Assembly (NCBI GenBank): GCA_973895155.1 | Contig: OZ316892.1 | Span: 22,793,168 to 22,857,167 of the forward strand | Source of the DNA: Marsupella aquatica | Lineage: Eukaryota > Plantae > Marchantiophyta | Length of the DNA stretch: 64,000 nt | Reading direction: 5' to 3' | Shown: positions 1 to 13,499 of the stretch, piece after piece | Position numbering within the stretch: the stretch's first letter is position 1 | How the letters are laid out: each line of letters begins with the position of its first letter | Notes under the pieces: generated by a model | The model's database searches: none | The model's input: only the letters and a program-made list of their open reading frames with translations | What the model was told of the DNA's origin: nothing | Translations under genes and position numbers: made by a program

Positions 1-210
1 TTCTTGAAGACGGTCACTAATTGTTCCCAACATCTCTTCATCTGCATTGCCTGCCTCAACACCCCTTCTTTGGCCATGGCAATTTGTATCTCCCTCCACT
101 TTTGATTTGGTGTCTTATCCTATCCCTCGATGAATGATTCAAAGAGGCTTCATGTTCCATGCACTTAATTAACTGCAATCAACACACACAATTCATGGAG
201 CTTCCATTGC
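1..210 (-). pseudogene. Degenerate trihelix/Myb-SANT-like DNA-binding domain fragment, running off the window start
   Basis: Manual minus-strand translation gives QWKLHELCVLIAV, then after frame disruption SKWREIQIAMAKEGVLRQAMQMKRCWEQLVTVFK. This fits the W..E...LI / W..I...M...G..R...Q....W..L...FK trihelix pattern. Could be a host pseudogene or a Harbinger-type ORF1 remnant. Confidence 0.6.
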
Positions 211-1269
211 CTAGTGGAGGTTGGATCATTCACCCGATCATTCATGGTATTTACATTCTGATTCCCTGCTACTCTTGCACCAGCTGCACTATGCAAAGGA
301 GGTCAAGCATTCACATTATCATTTCTAGCAGCTCCTGCACCACCAGCTCGAAGTGTCAAAGCTCCTACTTCGCTTTCATCACTTCCAGTGGGCACTTGAG
401 TTGAGATTATGACAGATAACTTTGAATCTGCAAAGGAACTTGATCGCGTAGTGAAATTTCCACAAAAACTCCCTTCAAGGACCCAAAGAACAATTGACCT
501 CAATATGTCAACATACAAAGAATAAATGAAGGTTCCAATTGACAACATCCATTCCACAACTAGCAGGGAGGAGAATGCAAACGTTTACCAACAGCCAACA
601 CCTCCAGTAAATGCCTTCTATCGAATGTGAGGATAATTTCAGGATTGACAAGAACGTGTGAGTGCATAGCAATTGTCCCCAACAAGGATGTATTCACCGT
701 AGAATACCAAAGAATCATGGTAGCGCCATGAAATTGCTTGCCAAAGGTCAATGTTATGTGTTGATGGGGGAAATGTTCTTTGTTGTTTGACTGACTACCA
801 ACCAGCAGTAGTCAGTCACAAATGCTTTGTTTGCAAGGTTCCCATTCACTCCAATCGCTGTGAGGGCCCACAAAACAGAGTGGAAGGCTTGCCGGGCCAT
901 CCACTCTCATTTTGTATGAGAGGGTTTCTCTCACATGACAAACGGCTACGATACGCCCCCAGAAGTGCAGAGATATGGGAAAAACCCTCAAACAAGACTT
1001 AAGGGCTGATGGGATACTGCCCTTATCCCCCAATTTCTGTCCTCAGTGGCTTCTTTAGTAAACAAGTGCATCTTGCATTATAGAGATGTCAGACATTCAC
1101 TATTCTTTGTAGGGTTGTGGTTTTTGGTTTTAGGGTTCCTAGACATATTCCTCTTTAGGACCCCCCCCATAAGTTTAAGGGAAGGAACTTTAATACCAGA
1201 CTTTTCAATTTGTTGCCCAGTTTTGTTGCAGTAGTTGGGGACTCTTGGGCTTTTTGGCTCTTTGGTATA

Positions 1270-1465
1270 TATTTTTTGTTGCCTTGAAACCAAAAGCTGA
1301 CCCATCCAACAGAGGAGAGACGATCAACTCCGGAGCATGCGCCTCTACAGGGTAGCCCACAAGGGGGTTATATCCAGGGGTCGGACAAGGACTCAGACCA
1401 GGAGGGAGAGAGGGTTGAATCAGAGCCCCAAAGCAGACTAGCCAGGGGCTGATCGAGGAGAAACC
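1270..1465 (-). mobile_element. Retroposon 3' fragment homologous to the 3' body of the SINE at 63614-63961
   Basis: 'gacccatccaacagaggagagacg...ggagcatg...cacaagggg...accaggagggagagagg' aligns with 63659-63815. No tRNA head is visible here. Confidence 0.7.
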
Positions 1466-1895
1466 AGGAATCCTGTCTTCCGATTAGATGCTTCTCCCCT
1501 TTGTTGGGTCCCAGGCCTCTGGGATCCTGTCTCCCCATTAGGCGTTTTTTGTTGATTGGTGGCGTGATATGTACTACCACATCGTGGCTAAAAACAATGA
1601 TACTAGCCTCCCCATTAGGCAATTTTTGTTGATTGGCGGCATGATATATACTACCACATTGTGGCTGAAAACAATGATACTAGCCTGAGGTGTTTGTGTG
1701 TCACTAATGTTCTGAATCACTCCTTTCTACCCAAGAAATTCCCAAGAAATATGCCGCCTTGGGACCCAATGAAAGGCCAATCATGTCTCATTAAGCATCT
1801 TTCTTGTCGGGGACTCACGTGACCACAAATTACAACAATAAAATAAAACAGCAAAAGGGGAGGATGGAAATTGTGTCATATCTAATCTCATTAAG

Positions 1896-2171
1896 TGTAG
1901 AAACCGTCGGCTCCAAACTAGACAGCAATGCGGAAATATGAGAGACTCAATCAAACGTTACACCGCGAGTGGAGAAACTCTTGAAAGATCCATAGCATCT
2001 GAGAGTACATGTGAAGAATGAGGGAGAATGCTCTCCCTCGAACCTATACCCCCAAGGGGGCCAAGATGTGTGGGCCTAAACTAAGCGGATCTTATCCTAA
2101 TGTAATCCAGGGTTAACTAATGCTAGTAAGGCCAAACTAACTAAGTCGGGAACTCGAGTCAATTCCTAACA
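1896..2171 (-). mobile_element. Solo LTR (276 bp)
   Basis: TG...CA termini with exact 5-bp TSD TTAAG (1891-1895, 2172-2176). The paralogous module near 3325-3350 ('atctcatgagctaccacatcctgg') is the empty site. The minus strand begins TGTTAGGA, like the solo LTR at 20724. Confidence 0.85.
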
Positions 2172-5100
2172 TTAAGTACCACATCCTGGCTGAAAATAAT
2201 AATAGCAACCTGAGGTGTAAGTAGTTGAGGCCTTATCCCTTTTTGTTATTAGTGGCTTCTTTAGTCAACGAGCATATGTTCCAGTACAGAGTGGTCAGGC
2301 ATACACTATATTTTGTAGGGCTGAGGCTATTGGTTTTAGGGTTTCTAGACAAATTCCTCTTTGGGACCCTCATTAACTCAAGATCTTTACCAGACTTTTC
2401 AGTTTGTTGTTCGGTATGGTTTTAGTTCGTTGCCGTAGTTGGGGACTCTCGGGCTTTTTGGCTCTTCGGTCTTCTTGGTCCCTGATTTTCTCCCCTTCAT
2501 TGGGTCTCCGGCATTTGGGATCCTGTCTCCTGGTTAGATGATTCTCCCCTTCATGGGTCCCCGGCCTTTGGGATTGGCGGCATGACATATGCTTCCACAT
2601 CGTGGCTGAAACAATGATACTAGCCTGCTGTGTTTGCGTATGTCACTAGTGTTCTGAATCACTCATTTCTACCCAACAAAACCTAATAAATATGATACCC
2701 AACTTGGGACCCAGTGAAGGCCAATGTGTAGTAATATGCATATGCTCCCAAGCATCTCTCTGGTTGGGAGCTCACATGGGTACCTGCATGGGTAAAAACA
2801 ATTAGTAATAAAATAATAAGGAAAAAGGCTTTCTCAGAATTTCAGTTTGTTGCTCAGTATGGCTTTAGTTTGTTGTCGTACTTGGCGACTTTCAGGCTTT
2901 TTGGTTTTTTGGTCTTCTTGGTCCCTGGTTTTCTCCCCTTCATTCGGTCTCCGGCCTGTTGGATCCTGTCTCCTGGTTAGATGCTTCTCCCCTTCATTGG
3001 GTCCCTGGCCTCTAGGATCCTGTCTCCCGTTAGACACTTTTTGTTCATTGGCAGCACAATATATACCACCACATCTTGGGCAAAAACAATGATACTAGCC
3101 TGAGATGTTTGTATATGTCACTAATGTTCTGAATCACTCCTTTCTACCCAAGCAAACTGTAATAAATCATATGATGCCTAACTTGGGACCAGAGAAGGCC
3201 AATCATATAGTAATATGCATATGCTCCTGAGGCATCTCTCTCGTTGGGAGCTCACGTGGCGTAAAAAAGATTACTAAAAAAATAAGTTGCAAAAAGGGAG
3301 GAAACAAATTACAGTGTCACACCTGATCTCATGAGCTACCACATCCTGGATGAAAACAACTCGAATAGCCTCAGTTGTTTGTGGTACTCGCAAAACAGTT
3401 GGCAAGGGCATAGGTCAGGAATGATTTGATGGACTGATTGGTGTGGCTCGTCCCACATGCAACTCCTCCCGCCTTAATCATCCTCCTCCTCTCTCTCCCC
3501 TCCTCTCTTTGAGAAAGCAGAATCAACACTGGTGGACTGAGTTGAAAAGATTCATGCGTGCTCATGATTACGTCCATAAAGGCTCCAATGTTGGAGGGAA
3601 ATGCTTTCTTTAGAGTAGGAGGGGATGTGATTAACGTACCCTTCAAGTATGGTGCTGATTAACAAAGCATAAAGACTTTCGACATTTCGTGGACTAATGT
3701 GGGGCACCCTAGAACCTCCTTTGGCGACACGGTGGCCCATAGCATGGCAAGTTTGTTGTCATAATTCATGGCACAAAATGATTGTTGAGATTCCGAACGT
3801 CTTTGTGAGAGCTTTTCAAAGCTTGGCAACATGGTGGCCCATGCCATAGCAAGTTTTTTGTCATGATTCGAAGGCACAAAATGATTGTTAAGATTCAGGA
3901 GCTTTCCCAAGTTTGGCAACTTTGTACTTGATTGTACCTCTTTTCATTTAGAACTAGCCACTGCCTCACATTAGTTTTTTAATATATCAAAAATTGTTGT
4001 CTTTTGAACTTGAATGGGTAACAGCTGTACTCCCGTTGTTCATTCTTTGGGGGTGTCATTTAGTGTGAGTGTTCGTGTATAATGCAGTTAGGCCCATGGC
4101 TCAACTTTTGCAACTGTACTTGTCGTAACTAAGAGAAAGGTATCTAAACTATAATTCATGAATGAAGTCTACCCTTCATGACACACTTTAGGCCATAATT
4201 TATAAGGTAACAGATAAGTTTGATATTTAGACTATGTTTGTGAGACGAGGACATGCATGGGAGTCCTGGGACGGGGAGCCTTTGCTAGAGGATTAAGTTA
4301 TTCAGTAGTCTTTTAGTGTTGGCAAATGACTTTGGTTTTATGGACCAGTTCAGGACCATTTTAGGGGATTGGAAAAATGATTTAGACCTTCAAAAGTTGG
4401 CAGCATAGGTTGGGCTTGGAAATGGTTTAGAGGTGCTCCACATAGAAAGCAGCATGACAAAGTGAACTACTTACCACAAAATATGATTGTTGACTACAAC
4501 ATTTTCAGAAATTCTTGCAAAGCAGACAAAGTGAAGTACAAGCACCAGAGCCCAAGGGGAGCACACCGAGGCATCATCCACAGCAGTGCTTCTCAACAAC
4601 AAGAGTCCAGAACGGTGCACTACAAGGTGAAACCTAGATGTCACCAAAGGGACTAATTGCTATCACTATGTCCTGAAATTAAACCTAGAATTGGTTTAAC
4701 TAAGACAAATGTCACTCCCAAGATAGAGGATATTTCCGAAACAATGCACACAGGTCCAATCGCTCACATGTATGCAAAAATGAGTCACATCCAACACTAG
4801 CTTGTCTAGTCAAGAGACTTGTGAACGGAGAACTCTACAACATCACAAATCCAAAGTATTGCCACTGACAAACAATGATTAAAAAATCTCTCACTAGAGT
4901 ATGAAGTGTGTTGTAAGGTATGAATAGCTAGTGTGACTATCACAAGCCCAATCACAAGTGGCAGATCGTTACTTAATATGCTTTTTCGGGAGAAAAGTGA
5001 ACCCACCCACATTAAATATTAGCAATAAGAACTGCCTCTCATTGATTTTGCATGATCATATACACTAAGATTCTGCCACATGAGCATGGTATACATATTA

Positions 5101-8100
5101 CAGAACTTGACACAGAAGAGACTGCTGGTAGGAAGTTTATACCAAGAGTTAACATGTCATCTAGTATCAATTATTGTGTTAGCAGTCTTACTAACGTAAA
5201 ACAGATGCTCTAATTGTGTTAGCAGTCTTACTAGCTTAAAAAGATTCCCCAAGTGTGATTGTCAAATTCAGTAGTGTTCACGAAAACTGCTTTTTCATGG
5301 CTGGAGGTTTTTCATCCGTAGCAGCTTTGCAGGGCACTTGGCCCAACCCACATACCCACCAACCCTTGAGAGAGGTTTGGAGCAGCTATATTTCGGGAAT
5401 TTAAAAAGGCAGCTCACATTGCTGAACGAAAGATTCTCCAAATCAAGGAGACTACTTGGCTGGCTTGGTGATTAAAAAATTCCAAAAGATCTAGTGCAAA
5501 TCTCGAAGTCATCTACCATCCTTGACTTAATCTTAACTCAACTGCCTCATTGACTTGAATTGTGGATGAGCTTTTGACTTGTAGTATTTTTTAAAGGAAA
5601 TCTATGAAAAGATGTTCAAGTCAACTCACATTCTGATTATGAGACGATTTGGGATCAGAGAATTTTCACATCAATTAACTGGTTAACGTGCAATCTTTTT
5701 GGAATGCTTGTAAGCAAAAAAAAATATTGGAATTGTTGTGAAAGGAATGTATCGGTGCATTTATTGGTACAATTTTTACTACTGTTCTAGTAGTCACCCT
5801 AGACTTAAGAGGACATACCTAACATGATTTGTGGGAAACTGTTTTCAAAGCCAGCACATCCATTAATGTTAGTTGTGATAAATAGTGTGCACAGAAATTA
5901 GTGTTACATACCAACAAGTGGTAGGCGGTTGCGTCAAGTTACTGCTTTAGTTTTTGACACTATATGGACGAGCATACTTAGAGTAAAGGTGACTGTGAGT
6001 TGTGGCCAGGCTTGGCTCATATGCAAGCCAAGGTTAGCAACACCATGTGTCTTTGAGGGAAATATATCCTTTACTCTGCATCTCTGAAAGTTAACACTAT
6101 ATTGCTGTTTGTTGGGGGCACCTCCGGTTTCACCCCATATTTTGGTGCATGTTAGCTCACTTTCCCTTAGTTTTTCTTGAATAATTGTCAAGGCAGAACA
6201 ATTTAGACATAGCTTGCTCTTGATACATAGAGCTAAACAATGATTCATCACATGTTCCTAAATGATCTTGGCATCCTGTCAGTTTACATTCCAGCTTCAT
6301 TACATTTAGTTTCTATTCTGCCTTTCACATAGCATTTCACTGTGTATATTTACATCATTTTCTTTTTTGTTTTGAATTTTGTGGACGATTTTGGTCCCCT
6401 GTTAACAAGTTGTTTTATACCATGATGGTAGTGCAAACATCACAACAAAGATCTCCACCTATACTTGTGAATTTGAATGAGACTCCAAAGTGCTCTTTTA
6501 ATTGTATGAAAATCAAAACTTCTGTACTCTAGATTCACGTCATCCTACTTAAAATGCACATTTTACTAGATTCTAACATCAAGCTAAAAAGTAGTATTCA
6601 AGCTGAGCTTATAGCTCTCAAATCTCATGTCGTGCTGGTCAGCTCAGCTGCGGAGGAGTGACTTGTGACGAGCAGGTCTCAAATTATTCTCCCAATGACC
6701 TGTTTCTGTCCAGGACGTAAACACGGATTACTGTAGCTGTCTTGGGCAGCTTTAATGAGTAATATGTCAAAAGGAGTTGGAGTGGTAGGGATTATTTAAA
6801 ATTATATAAAACAAATAAAAGCGAACCAGTGGATTCCACTTTTAGGAAAGGCAAAACTCACGTTCGTGTTGTTCATAAAGTTCGAGAGCAAAGGAGAACT
6901 CTATCGCCCTGGCTAACCGTGGTCAAGCCACACAACTGGGTCACAGACAACTGGCCTGCATTGTACGATATTGTACGGAAAGAAAAATACAGTACTATTC
7001 CGTACTCTCACGGCTTTTCTAAACAAGGACAACAAAATATAGCAACGTATCGTACTTCAAATATCGACATCTGGCCATCACGGATTACACGCCAATATTG
7101 AGGGTGGAGATGACCCCTTTAGGTTTGGGGAGATCTGGGCTGTCCAGATTTCTCTGACACATGCAAAGGCGAGGAAAAGTATTCGTCTGCGTGGCTGACG
7201 TACGGCCCGACCGCCAGGAGACGGGAGCCCCTGGACCGCCCCCAATAGGCAAGGGTCCATGCAACCCACCTACTCCTCGGGTCACCCTTCCTTTCTGCAT
7301 TGGGAAATGCCCTTGTCTCCGCTTTTCTCGCCTGCTTCGAGGCAGAGCGGTTTTACTCCGGACTTACATGCGGTCGAGAAGTAGTGTCCGAACACGGTGA
7401 GTAAAGTGCCTTTTCGAGGTCTTTTCGAGAAATGGGAAAACAAGGTCCGCAGATGTCAGAAATAGATATAGATTATAGGCTAATAGGCGGGACGCTGAGG
7501 TTCTTCAAAACAATAATCAATTATTGAGAATCTCAGTCCCTAGGGCACAACTCTAGGGACATCTATGTAACTTGGTAAAAGTTTTACAAGGGATATTGCA
7601 AGGATTTTCTGAGCATTTTTATGTAAAGCACTTATTATTTATCAGAGTATAGATTATTCTTAAAATTGAATCTGGAGAAATTACTTATGGCCTTGCCCGT
7701 TCATTTTAAAGCCACTCTCCCCTAAGGGCAAAACCTGGTGATCCTGGTTACTAAAATGAAACAAAAATGAACTCAACACAATAAAAATGTGTTCTATTTG
7801 TTACTCCCCAAACCTGATGGACACTGGGTGGTTTAAGGACTATTGCATCATTATTGGGCACCTTTCAAATGTATAGCAATAAGTTTTCAAATGGTTTTTA
7901 AAGTAGAAAATAAAACAACAGAATATCTGAGCAGTTTGGACACCGTTACACTGGCTTTACAGCAAACTGAAGAACCCAATATTCGGAGCATTTGCTGTGA
8001 AACACTGATTCAGCAGTGTATACATTTTCATAAAGAAAAGTAAGAAGTGCGAAATTTTATGTGAAACAGTGAGTTGTCACTGTATAAAAAATGGGAAAAA

Positions 8101-10814
8101 ATCATTTCCGGCTTAGCTATAATATGAAACTAAAAAATATGAAGTTTACTGTGCGAGTTCTTCCTGTCAAATTGTTTTTCACCGTGCTGTACGTCGACTG
8201 GGGCCTGCCGGTTTCCACAGACAGGGTACCGGTCTGGGCGGTTCCAATTGGGAGTCATCAGAGACGAGGACGGTAAGGTACTGCTACCTTTGCAGAAAGG
8301 CCCATAGTACAGTGCTCGTACTCGGCCGGGAGCTACTTCCCGGGTCCCGGTCTTGTTCCGCGGGAGCGGCGGGTCTTCCCGGGAAGAAAACCTACGTGAT
8401 GCCTAATTGACACACTTGCTGTGAACCTATAAATGTACATTTGGGTGGACTTCAGTGTGGTGTTGAATGGGGCATTTTGTAGCGAGATATCTGAGCCTAA
8501 TCTGGTTCATGCAAAGAATAAATAATTAACTCAAATGTATCTCAGCACCAAAAAGGCAAAAAGTTAACCTCCAACAATGGTGGGCTGGAAAATATGCAGT
8601 CCGTTTACGGAAATGGGAGTAAACTAGGCTCCATAGGTTGTGGATAGGAGGTTTTGAAAATGGGATTTGTGACCCAAGTTTGCCATGCCCACCCATCAGG
8701 CAAAACATCAGTGGTACCTTGGTTAGGTTCTCGTTATTGGGTAAACTTCATACTTGTGCTTCCGGAAAATGTTAATATTACCAAGATGAGGTTGAGATGA
8801 TTGTGGTCAAATTATGCTTGCGGACAATGTTTATACCATATACAGAAACCACTCCCTAAATTCATGGTTAAATGTATTTCTACACGTATGTCACACTGCC
8901 AAAAATCAAAGGGTACTTACTGGGGACACACTATCCCACAGGCAAGACACTCATTAAAGGGGGAAAACCAGAGAAAACCCTAAGAAGACCACAAAGAGCC
9001 AAAAACCCCAAATTTCCCACAATAACAACCAGAACCAAAAACCAAAGAGCCTACCTATCTGCAAAGTGAATCTTTTTTTTTAAATCGGTGAAGTGCATCA
9101 TAGAGTCATGCAAAGAATTTTACCCTAAACCTTATTTGACTTATCCTATAATACCAACAACCCTTTCCTTGGTTTCATTGGGTCAAGTGTCTCATTAAGC
9201 ATGGAAGCATGTATTTGTGGAAGACCTCAGCAGACACCTGTAATATGGAACTAACGGCTCAGCCCTGATGCATGGACTTCCATGTCACTTTATGATTTAT
9301 GTGTGGTGATTCTTGCGTGCATTGTTTATTAAAACATATTTTGAAATGGGAATGCCAACAGATAATTTTTTGCCATCGTTTTTGCTAGTTTGACTTTCCT
9401 TTATAGTAAGAGCAAGTTTTGTGACTGTCATTTATCTGACTATATAATTGCCATCCAAAGCTACTCTTTAGGGCCTACTGCCTAGAGCCTTCAGTGTGGG
9501 CGTAACTGAAGTTGGGGGTGCTATAAATGGGGATTGGGGCAAGGTGTCTCAAAATAGCGTAATTGGCTTGATTGTACTCACCTCTGTTTACCTTCAAAGA
9601 ATGGGCAATCATAGCCTTGCTTCCCCCTGTTTTAATCGATTCCCATGGTGAAAAGTCCAAGGTCTTTCCAAATAAACTGAATCTAGTTTAGGCTAAGGAT
9701 TTGTTTATTGTGGCCTTTTCTGGTGTATGCCCATTTCAGATGACTGCTTCTTAGATAGCTTTTATAAACTTCAACATCTGCTTTGACCTCCTTTATTCTT
9801 GTGCTCTGTCATGTTAACATATTGGGAGTCCATTTCCGCAAACATGGCACATCACATGCAATGAAGAATGGTGTCATTTTATTGGTTCTTAGAGAATAAA
9901 TCAATTTATGTTTAAGAACATTAGGGCTGCCTAATCCAGTTTTGAGACTTTGAAGAAAAGGCACGGTTTTAAACCAATGTTAGAATATTCCAAGAATATT
10001 CCCCAAACTAGGGGCAAAAATTCCTGACAATTTTCCCCCCTAACTTTTGGGTCTATTAGACCTAAAAGCATTGCAAGTGAGGGATTGTGTCTATGTGTGG
10101 ATGTGTGTGACAAAAGATGTATGTTGTTTAGTGATGTGCATGAGCATAACTTACACCACTTTGTCTTTTGGCCTTTTCTAGCTCTTCAACAATATCTTTG
10201 TTTGGGATAGGTATCATGCTTTTTGGCGCACTGGCCCTGTTTTACTGCTTTCCCCTGGTTGTAAGGTTTGAGGGTTTCTCTGGCTCAAGATTTTGGGCTG
10301 GTTGCATGGCATTGTCCCTTGGGCTGGGTTGCCTCCACCCCCCAACATGAAAAATAGAACAAGAAAAAGAGCTGTGAGTTGGACTAGAAATGGAAAGAAA
10401 ATCACAAGAAAAAATACGTGAAACTCATGCCATGTTTCACACACTTGATCTTTAGTACAGTTCAAAATTGAGCATCTTGACCAGAGAACTATTAATTTGC
10501 ATATGTTTCTTTCAGAAAGGCAAAAGCCAAATTGAAAATTTGCACCAAATTCACAAATGACAAGATACCAACTATTACCTTTTTAGCTGAAGATACTTCC
10601 AAGTCCCCCATTCTACATCCAAGGCTCCCTTGTCATTTGAACATTGTCAATTACATGGATGAATTGCACCATGGCATTATTTTCAGATCTATGAGTAATC
10701 TTTCAGTTTTATTCGGTACGTTGGTTGGAGCATCAGCACTGGTTTTAAGGCCAGACCTGCATTGGTCAAGGTTTACCAAGGGCATGGAGGCCTGTGTCTT
10801 TCGCAGGCCAGATG

Positions 10815-12365
10815 AACTTGTAGTGATTGCACCAACCCCTGACAACCCTTCCTGTGAAAAACCCACAAACTCGCAGGGCAGCTATATAGTGGTGGACCTT
10901 ACCACCCAGCGCCCTCACCAATCCCAGCACTCACGCCTAAGTGCCCTTGGTGCCCGAACGCCTCCACGGAATACCTTGAGCAAGCAATCTAGTGCCCCTT
11001 GCACCGCCAGCGGCCCCTCCCATACGAAGCCGCACTTGCTCTCTAACACAACCGCTACTCAACAGTCCTCCCTATCTGCACAAGCAACCAAGCACCTCGG
11101 TAAGTAACCCTTCAAGATCTAGAATTTGCCAAGTCTAACATCCTAACTCAAGCTCAACAGACGTTGGTAAATAAGTTAGCGATAGGTCCTCCCGATGCCA
11201 TAAGCCGGAACCAGAACCCACGCCCATTGTTCGTCCAGAACAACTCCTTCCTTGGGCGCGGCCCGGGTTCCCCTTGTACCTATCCATCACCAACTAACCG
11301 CCCTGACCTCAGGACATGTTCATGGCCCAAATAGCGTAGCTTGTCCTAAAGCTTGTCCCAACACGCCGGGACCAGAATGGCCCCGACCCTAGAATCCAAA
11401 TCCAACTATCAGTTCACCTCACCGATGGTCTAGGGACCTAGCACCCTTGGAACTCAACCTCCATACCTACTTGCCCTTGCCTCCCTAACGCAAGCTCCCT
11501 TGGGAGACTGAACGCGGCTTGGCTACTGTTCGGCAAGATTTGGCAAACGGGCAAGTTAACACTCGCAAACCCCAAGACCCCAAGGCACCCCCAGACCTAG
11601 CTGTAGCCCTCCTCAAAAGATTTCCAACGCACCCAAGAAGTCCTCAAACGGACTTCCCGTTGGGAAGATATTGCCATTTCTGTTTGGCGGTTTCCCTTAG
11701 TGTCGCGACCGCCGCGGCTCACGACTTTGGCTCACCCTTGGCGCCCAGGGAGACACCACTCCCCTCATATATGCTTCTGGAGACCTATCACCCCTGGACC
11801 AGCTTTGGTCCCTAAACATTTGGCCCCCAACTCGGATCCTATCGCGCATAATGGGCGCGCCACCAACTGGCAACGCCCATAACTTTCTCGTTAGGCATCC
11901 GCAAGCGGAGTGCCTTAGCCCGTTGTGACTGGGCCGACCCAGTGCTCATGCCTAGGCCCTCAGGTCTCATCGTTGCTTGAGGCCCCCGACCGGCCTAACC
12001 CGGATTGGGCCGTAACTTGCACCCCAAGCGTCCGTTGCCCATGGCGTCAACTCCATTGGGCTTGGGCCCAAGAGAAGCTCACACTCAAGCCCTCAGAACT
12101 CAAAGTCCATCCGGAGGTCCGGACGGCCATCCTTGAGCCCGGCCCATTTTGCCTTGACCCGACCAACTATCAGCTAGTCCAAGTCCTTAGTGTGTGTCCC
12201 CAGCTTGGCTCCTTGTCTCGCTAGTGCCACGTCTCATTGCCCACAAGTCTCCCCATGCTAAGTCCTCCCCGGATGGCCTATCCGGGCCTGGACCATAAGG
12301 GAGCTCGGCGTCGGAGTCAACGACACCGGAGCTAAGTGTTAAGGTAATCGAGTTCCGCGACTTGT
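10815..12365 (+). mobile_element. C-rich unclassified repeat, probably a decayed retroelement or LTR segment
   Basis: Abrupt shift to GC/C-rich composition, TATA-like 'ctatatag' near 10882, and no recognisable protein in any ORF. Termini were not established. Confidence 0.3.
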
Positions 12366-12489
12366 ATGCTGAGTGGTCAAAACTGACATTTGCGCACCAT
12401 AGCTTGAGACCACGTGTCAGATGCAGACATATGGTTTGGCATCATTGGAAAAGTGGAATAGCCACTTTGGAAAATGGAAGATTTATGTG

Positions 12490-13255
12490 GTGGTCAGCAA
12501 AACTTGACCGCACATTAAATCTACAATGCGTTAATGCTCCCCCATTTTCCTGGGGCCCCATAACTGCCTGTCCCAGTTTCTGATGAGCTGCTGCCCGCTC
12601 TGGCCAGAGTTTGCCAGAACATAAACCAAGACACTGACATTTCATCATCCGCTCAAGCCCAATGAACTTTGTGCCATCAACTTTCATGGGTTTATGTTTT
12701 GGCACCCTTCACTTGTTGTCGCCCACTCCGGCCCAATCACCTTTGTGCTATTCATTGACTTCTTTCTTATGGAGTCATGGTTTATGTTTTGGCAATGGAG
12801 TCATGCTTGCTTCGTAACAGAGTCTAACTGTTGCAAAGCATAGTACTTAGGTTAAGAGTCATCATTAATAGAGTATTGGTTGATGTTCTGCCAAATGTTT
12901 TTTTTCTAGGGAGTTATGGTTTATGTTTTGGCAACACTCTTTTCCAATGCAGTCATGTCTGTTGAGTAATAGACTGTCTCAAAGTGTTTAGGCAAACTCT
13001 AGTACTTTGGATAAGAGTCATGATTAATGTTAAAGTCTTGGTTATATTTGGCAAACTTGGGCCAGAACATAAACCCAAAGTTGATAGCACAAAGTTGATT
13101 GGGCTGGAGCGGGTGACAAAATTGGAGAGTCTTGGTTTATGTTTTGACAAATTTGGGTCGAGCTGGCAGCAACATCGGGGACTGCATCGGGCAGTATATA
13201 GGGTGCCAGGAAAACGGGGGAGCATTAATGAGATTTAACGCGTGGTCAAAACTTG
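12490..13255. mobile_element. Foldback / long-TIR non-autonomous element (MULE-like)
   Basis: 12490-12705 is a diverged inverted copy of 13061-13255. The mirrored ORF-track peptides KHKPMKVDGTKFIGLER / EHKPKVDSTKLIGLER and QENGGAL confirm this. The motif 'ggtttatgttttggca' repeats internally. No TSD found. Confidence 0.6.
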
Positions 13256-13499
13256 TTGGGGTGTGGACTGAAGGGACTTTGGGGATTTCAGCAACCGGTG
13301 CAAGCCTAATTTGTGGGTGGACTGGGAAATTGCCATATATGCCATGCACAGTGCAGATGCTCTCACTATGCTGCCAATCTTGAGGTGTTCTGAAGCTTAT
13401 TGTGCCTTATGGGTTGGCTGGCCCTAGGTATTGCCTAATGTGTTACTTATTTGTAAAAGTTGCATTCAAAACACAAAAACAACTTACTTTTTGGCCCAA

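Larger units (their letters stand above)
1015..3372. repeat. Degenerate local tandem duplication of several-hundred-bp modules (2-3 copies)
   Basis: 1015-1265 resembles 2225-2470. The module 'accacatc.tggctgaaaacaatgatactagcctga...gtcactaatgttctgaatcactc' recurs at ~1570-1740, ~2590-2680 and ~3060-3150. The ORF track shows repeated RQDPRGxGPNEGEKH peptides. Confidence 0.8.

Noticed and set aside
6635-6700. tRNA-like or SINE head (a similar one lies near 59610)
   Set aside because: An A-box-like motif is present but the B box is degraded, and no tail or TSD was found.
12575-12605. Hammerhead ribozyme core CTGATGA (also near 22584, 22890 and 57119)
   Set aside because: None is followed by a stem II plus GAAA arrangement.
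13262-13282. miR319/159-like sequence TGGACTGAAGGGA at the edge of an inverted repeat
   Set aside because: Only 13 nt match and the opposite arm offers no star-strand complement.
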